Below are positions 34,121 to 37,914 of a DNA stretch of 37,914 bases, one piece after another. Source of the stretch: a virus (lineage: Duplodnaviria; Caudoviricetes); the IMG/VR virus record IMGVR_UViG_3300017565_000029, positions 1 through 37,914 of that record; one strand, written 5' to 3'. The notes beneath the pieces are model-generated. The model saw only the letters and a list, made by a program, of their open reading frames with translations, was not told where the DNA came from and ran no database searches. The first letter of the stretch is position 1; every line of letters starts with the position of its first letter. A program made the translations under genes and the position numbers.

Positions 34121-34406
34121 ACGTTTCCCCACGCCCCGAAGGGCAGAATAGGCGGCCGGGATGGCCGACCTTCAAGGATGGCGACTGGCGGGGTTTTATA
34201 GGAATCGCGCTTTGTCGCTATCCGACCCGTATCCCCAACCGCCATGCGTGAAGGTGCCCGTACGCAGGGCCAGCGGCCGAGTAGCCATCGGCGTAGGTTG
34301 TGGCGGCCGGCGCCACTCGTCCCGATGATACACGGGGTTCCCAGCCGAGCCGCCACTAACGGGCTCTCCACCCGCTTGCCGGATTGCGTACCGGGGCTTT
34401 CCTCTT

Positions 34407-34484
34407 TGATGGCGTCGGGAATCGAACCCGAACACGCGCCTTGGCAGGCATTGCCTGCTAGGTGGCCCTGTCCAACGCGCCATC
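34407..34484 (-). ncRNA. tRNA-like unit without canonical anticodon loop
   Basis: GATGGCG/CGCCATC 7-bp acceptor-like stem, T arm TCGGG-TTCGATT-CCCGA, central hairpin GCAGGC-AAT-GCCTGC. Confidence 0.7.
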
Positions 34485-34663
34485 ATGGCGGGGCCCTGCC
34501 GCGGCTCGGGGATAGACAAGTCCCTCCGCACTACTGCGCCAAGCGCCCCATCATGATGGGCCTGTCTTTCCAGGCTGCCACGCGTCACGGTCAAGCCGCT
34601 ACGTTCCTCAACAGAAAGCCGCGTTCGCTACTCTGCATAGCCCGGTGAACCGGGCGAACTCGT

Positions 34664-34755
34664 TGACAGCGGCGGGAGTTGAACCCGCGAGGTTCCAGTT
34701 GCTCACCCGGAACCATACCCAACCTGACGCCAGCGTCCCGGCGGCATTCGCCATC
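34664..34755 (-). ncRNA. tRNA-like unit without canonical anticodon loop
   Basis: GATGGCG/CGCTGTC stem (two G-U), T arm GCGGG-TTCAACT-CCCGC, 8-bp hairpin GGTTCCGG/CTGGAACC. Confidence 0.65.
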
Positions 34756-34852
34756 ATCGAAGCGGGCCGGGCTTGATACCGGCTGGAGCCGCGAGGATCA
34801 CCCCGTCTCCGCATGGGCCTCGCGTGTCCTTCCACGCCGCCGCTTCGATGAT
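34753..34852 (-). ncRNA. tRNA-like unit
   Basis: 13-bp perfect closing stem, D-arm-like GCGTG-GAAGGA-CACGC, T-arm-like GCCGG-TATCAAGC-CCGGC abutting the 3' strand. Confidence 0.55.
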
Positions 34853-35094
34853 AGCCCTGGGGCTTTCACCCAGGCCACGCTTGTCCCGAAGTTACGCGCT
34901 GGCGATGGCTTACAGTTTGACAGTACCTGCCGGACCTTGCGACGCCGAGCGTCGGGGACCGGTCTCATGTTTCAGTGATGTCGGGCTGCTGCCATCATCA
35001 GGACAGACCATTCAGCGGAATGCTTGCCGCCTGGACCATGCGCGTGCAGACGGTTGATCTGCCCTGATGATGGCCCCGCCGAAGCGGGACAAAA

Positions 35095-35619
35095 CTACCG
35101 AATTGCTACCTCGTACGTTCCGCCGTTGACGAAACCGAACACGAAATTGTTGCCGTCGCGCGTGGATAGCCAGTTCGTCGCGTTGATGCTGGAGTTGTAT
35201 GTCGGCGCGAGCATCGGTTTTGCTACCCCGTTCACGTACGGGGTCTTCCCAGCAAGCCAAGCCGTCACATCGCCAGGGAATCGGATGATGCAATTGCCGT
35301 TAGACGAGTTCGAGCGATCGTCGGCGAAAACCGTGGGCTGTACCGGCACACCAGACAGAGGCTCCATGGTGCCGCCATCGCCCTGCTGCACCCTTGAATA
35401 TCCGACGTAGAAAACGAACTGCGCCAACGCGATCTGCCCCGCGACCAACGTGGAGCTGGCAGATTTGCCGCGCAAGTTCGACATGGCGACCGAGCCCGAG
35501 GGGCGGCCAGCAAGACCACGCAGGTCTGCGTTGTTCATGTTCAGCGCCTGAGTTGCGGGCCTACCGAGTTCGGTATTCACCTGCGACAGCTTGAGCGTGC
35601 CAGTTGCTGGCAAAGCCAT
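35095..35619 (-). CDS. Putative tail fibre tip/adhesin-like protein
   Basis: N-terminus MALPATG...SQVNTELG...LAGRPSGSVAMSNLRGKS resembles a module I recognise from small phage tail-fibre-associated proteins; beta-rich C-terminus; GGAG RBS. Confidence 0.55.
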   Translation of the reverse strand: MALPATGTLKLSQVNTELGRPATQALNMNNADLRGLAGRPSGSVAMSNLRGKSASSTLVAGQIALAQFVFYVGYSRVQQGDGGTMEPLSGVPVQPTVFADDRSNSSNGNCIIRFPGDVTAWLAGKTPYVNGVAKPMLAPTYNSSINATNWLSTRDGNNFVFGFVNGGTYEVAIR

Positions 35620-35657
35620 GGATTTCTCCGGTAAGTGGTCAGCGACCCGATGTGCAA

Positions 35658-35679
35658 ATACTACCGCAAATTTGAGTAT
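35658..35679 (-). promoter_or_regulatory. Palindromic box adjacent to -10 element
   Basis: ATACTCAAATTTGCG-G-TAGTAT. Confidence 0.55.
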
Positions 35680-35683
35680 CGGT

Positions 35684-35702
35684 GCGCCCGACTAGCGCCC
35701 GA
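35684..35702 (+). repeat. GCGCCC doublet repeat
   Basis: GCGCCCGACTAGCGCCCGA. Confidence 0.7.
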
Positions 35703-35770
35703 AAGTGTAACAGCCGCCGGAATGCGTAATCATTCCAAGCGGCTGTCGGGATAAAACAACAGACTAGGAA

Positions 35771-37216
35771 TCAGCTTGCAGGCGCGTCCGGGAATTGCTC
35801 GCCGGTTTCAGCGTGCACAGCACGGCGCCCGGTGTAGTTCTGCCAGCGGCGAATGATGACATCGCAAAAGTGAGGATCCAGCTCCATCAGCCGCGCCGAC
35901 ATGCCCAGGCGATCGGCAGCAACTAGAGTGGTGCCCGAGCCACCGAACGCGTCGACAACGATATCGCCACCGCGCGCCGAGGACTTGAGCATGCGCTCGA
36001 CCAGGGCCACGGGCTTCATGGTCGGGTGCAAGTCGGACTTCTGCGGCTTCGGCTCGTAGATCACCGAGCCCGGCGATTGCTCGAGCTTTGCCTCGCCATC
36101 CACGACCAGGACGTCGTCGCCGATCTTGATAGCCCAGCGGCCGTCGGCCAGTTTGGTCACGGGCCCGCCTTCGCCATGCTCGACAACGGTCGTCTGCTTA
36201 CGGCCACCATACCAGCGGTGCGCGCTACCAGGTTTCCAGCCGTACAGGATCGGCTCGTGCTTCGGTTGATAGTCGTGGCGGCCGAGCACGAAGTTGTTCT
36301 TGTTCCAGATAAGGCAGTTTTGCAGCTTGAACCCGGCATCCTGGAACGCCTTGCGGAAGTTCGTGCCTTCCATATCCGCGTGCGCGACATAGATCGGCGC
36401 GCCCGACTTCATGACCGTGAACACGGCCGCGTACATGTCGAGCAGGAACTGGTAGAAATCCCCGTCGCCCATTTTGTCGTTCATGATGGCGCCGGTCTTG
36501 CCGCGGTTGCCCTTGTCGGCCTTGTCCAGCATTTTGTTCTTGGCGCCGATATCGACGTTGTAAGGCGGATCGGTCCAGACCACGTCGGCAAGCTCGCCGT
36601 TCATGAGCTTGTCCCAATCGCCGATTTCCAGCGACGAGCCACAACGCAGGCGATGCGCCCCGAGCACCCAGGTATCACCAGGGACGGTGATCGCGTCTGG
36701 TGCCAGGGCCGGCGCGTCGTCGGGATCCTTGTCGTTGGCGGCCAGCTCGGCATCACCGAACAGGTCCGCCAGCTCGTCATCGGAGAACCCGAGCAGCTCG
36801 ACCTCAAAGCCGGCGTCGCGCAGGTCGCCGATTTCCAGGCGCAGGAGTTCCTCGTCCCAGCCAGCGTTAAGCGCCAGCTTGTTGTCGGCAATGATGTACG
36901 CCCGGCGCTGGTTCTCCGTCCAGCCGTCGCACGGCATGACCGGCACCATGCCCTCGGGGATACTCGCGCCGTTCATCCAGCGCAGGCGCCCGCCGTTGGC
37001 GTAAATCTGGATAGCTGCAGCAACACGACCATGGCCCGCCACGATGCCCTGGGCGTCGGCGAGGATCGCGTTCGTAAAGCCAAACTCGTCCATGCTATCG
37101 ACGATCTGGCGAACTTGATCAGGCGAGTGAGTGCGCGAGTTCCGCGCGTAGACCATCAACGATTCAATTGGCCGATACTCCCACTTGGGAGGTTCGACCA
37201 TAGGCACGACTTTCAC
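35771..37216 (-). CDS. ParB N-terminal domain fused to N4/N6 DNA methyltransferase
   Basis: RNSRTH...FGFTNAIL...AGHGR...ADNKL (ParB-like); TDPPY, HPTMKP, DAFGGSGTT (beta-class order). Confidence 0.92.
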   Translation of the reverse strand: MKVVPMVEPPKWEYRPIESLMVYARNSRTHSPDQVRQIVDSMDEFGFTNAILADAQGIVAGHGRVAAAIQIYANGGRLRWMNGASIPEGMVPVMPCDGWTENQRRAYIIADNKLALNAGWDEELLRLEIGDLRDAGFEVELLGFSDDELADLFGDAELAANDKDPDDAPALAPDAITVPGDTWVLGAHRLRCGSSLEIGDWDKLMNGELADVVWTDPPYNVDIGAKNKMLDKADKGNRGKTGAIMNDKMGDGDFYQFLLDMYAAVFTVMKSGAPIYVAHADMEGTNFRKAFQDAGFKLQNCLIWNKNNFVLGRHDYQPKHEPILYGWKPGSAHRWYGGRKQTTVVEHGEGGPVTKLADGRWAIKIGDDVLVVDGEAKLEQSPGSVIYEPKPQKSDLHPTMKPVALVERMLKSSARGGDIVVDAFGGSGTTLVAADRLGMSARLMELDPHFCDVIIRRWQNYTGRRAVHAETGEQFPDAPAS

Positions 37217-37219
37217 GGA

Positions 37220-37798
37220 TTATCCTCCAGAGCTGTTACGCTCGATGACGACGACGGGGGCCTGCTTCTCGGGGTCGAGCGCGTCGAGGCCCCAGGCACG
37301 CCGCTCGCCGTCCTGCACGATCTTGATGGTTTCGCTGGTGATCTTCGCCAGCTTGGCGCGTTCGAAGTCCCGGCCCTTGATGGCCTCGCCAGATAGACCG
37401 CGGACAACGGCCCACTCGCGTCGGTGGCGAGCGATAACCTCGGCGCGCTGGTTGACCGGCGTGTCCGCGTCAGGAATTGGCGAGGCGTCAGACACGTCAG
37501 GCGTCGCGTCAGCTTTTTTACTGACGGCCGAGTCAGTTTCGGCCTTTCCCGCGGGCGCCTCCGCGTTTGTCGTGCGCGCTTGCCTGTCCGCGATCCGCTG
37601 AGCGCGAGCCGCGATATCGGCCATTGCCTGCTGCTTTTCCCAGGGATCGCCTGCTGCAGCGTCTTTCTTCATGCGGGCGTGCACCGATTGCTTGGCTATC
37701 CCAAGCACTTCGGCGAGCCGACCCATGGTCATGCTCGGGTCAGATTCCCACGCAAGACGCGCGGCGGTCCATTCGTCAGAAGATAGTCGCTTTGCCAT
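37220..37798 (-). CDS. Putative terminase small subunit
   Basis: N-terminal HTH (EW..AR..WE...LAEVLGIAKQSV), QDGERRAWGLD C-terminus, late promoter variant upstream, next to ParB-MTase. Confidence 0.6.
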   Translation of the reverse strand: MAKRLSSDEWTAARLAWESDPSMTMGRLAEVLGIAKQSVHARMKKDAAAGDPWEKQQAMADIAARAQRIADRQARTTNAEAPAGKAETDSAVSKKADATPDVSDASPIPDADTPVNQRAEVIARHRREWAVVRGLSGEAIKGRDFERAKLAKITSETIKIVQDGERRAWGLDALDPEKQAPVVVIERNSSGG

Positions 37799-37804
37799 GA
37801 CGTC

Positions 37805-37820
37805 AGTTTACCGTCCCGAC
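37805..37820 (-). promoter_or_regulatory. Late promoter motif variant, leaderless
   Basis: GTCGGGA-CGG-TAAACT, 6 nt, ATG(37798). Confidence 0.6.
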
Positions 37821-37912
37821 TGGTCCGTCTGACGAGCCACGATCTCGAACGGGTTCTCAGGGCAGACGGCGTCATTGACGACACAGCGCACGCCCATGTC
37901 CTTCTGGCCGTG
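37808..37912 (-). CDS. 3' end of a gene starting outside the window
   Basis: Open frame ...HGQKDMGVRCVVNDAVCPENPFEIVARQTDQSGR-stop; only 34 codons visible. Confidence 0.4.
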   Translation of the reverse strand, partial: HGQKDMGVRCVVNDAVCPENPFEIVARQTDQSGR

Positions 37913-37914
37913 GA

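Larger units (their letters stand above)
34177..35074 (-). ncRNA. Array of structured, partly tRNA-like RNA units
   Basis: No credible CDS; at least six units closed by helices containing GATGGC/ATGATG; see findings. Confidence 0.65.

Noticed and set aside
34177-35074. CRISPR array, tmRNA or protein-coding interpretation of the structured region
   Set aside because: No constant-length direct repeats with spacers, no alanine-type acceptor stem with tag ORF, and listed ORFs lack RBS and protein-like composition
20163-37835. Scattered CGTCAGAC octamers (near 20165, 21553, 27113, 29925, 32290)
   Set aside because: Several fall in coding sequence or derive from stop-codon context; cannot show enrichment by eye

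Overview
A GC-rich, almost entirely minus-strand segment of a large tailed phage, prophage or phage-plasmid, probably from a proteobacterium (host inferred only from composition and gene content). In transcription order (right to left): terminase small subunit-like HTH gene, ParB/N4-N6 methyltransferase fusion, a stand-alone tail-tip/adhesin-like gene, a ~950 bp gene-free region packed with tRNA-like and other structured RNA units, an accessory block of ~30 short genes (C5 methyltransferase with a nested alternative-frame ORF, DUF4326, a Phd/YefM-RelE toxin-antitoxin pair, MazG-like NTP-PPase, HTH and Zn-finger proteins), an effector block (WGR + atypical kinase + R-S-E ADP-ribosyltransferase protein, candidate immunity protein, Nudix hydrolase, HNH, His-rich protein), then the head module (large terminase with an extra degenerate ATPase domain, portal, initiator-like tRNA-Met, MuF-like protein, AraC gene and origin-like element, 1515-aa SNF2 protein, prohead protease, scaffold). 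Hand-read highlights: (1) a late promoter GTCGTGA-N3-(-10) that would give leaderless mRNAs for most head genes; (2) a shared hydrophobic-x-K-[A/S] motif in scaffold, protease, portal, MuF and at the N-termini of the SNF2, ART/kinase, Nudix and His-rich proteins, suggesting capsid-loaded injected cargo; (3) an array of interlocking tRNA-mimic RNA units joined by ATGATGG linkers; (4) a two-ATPase-domain terminase. All calls come from motif recognition by eye; no searches were run.
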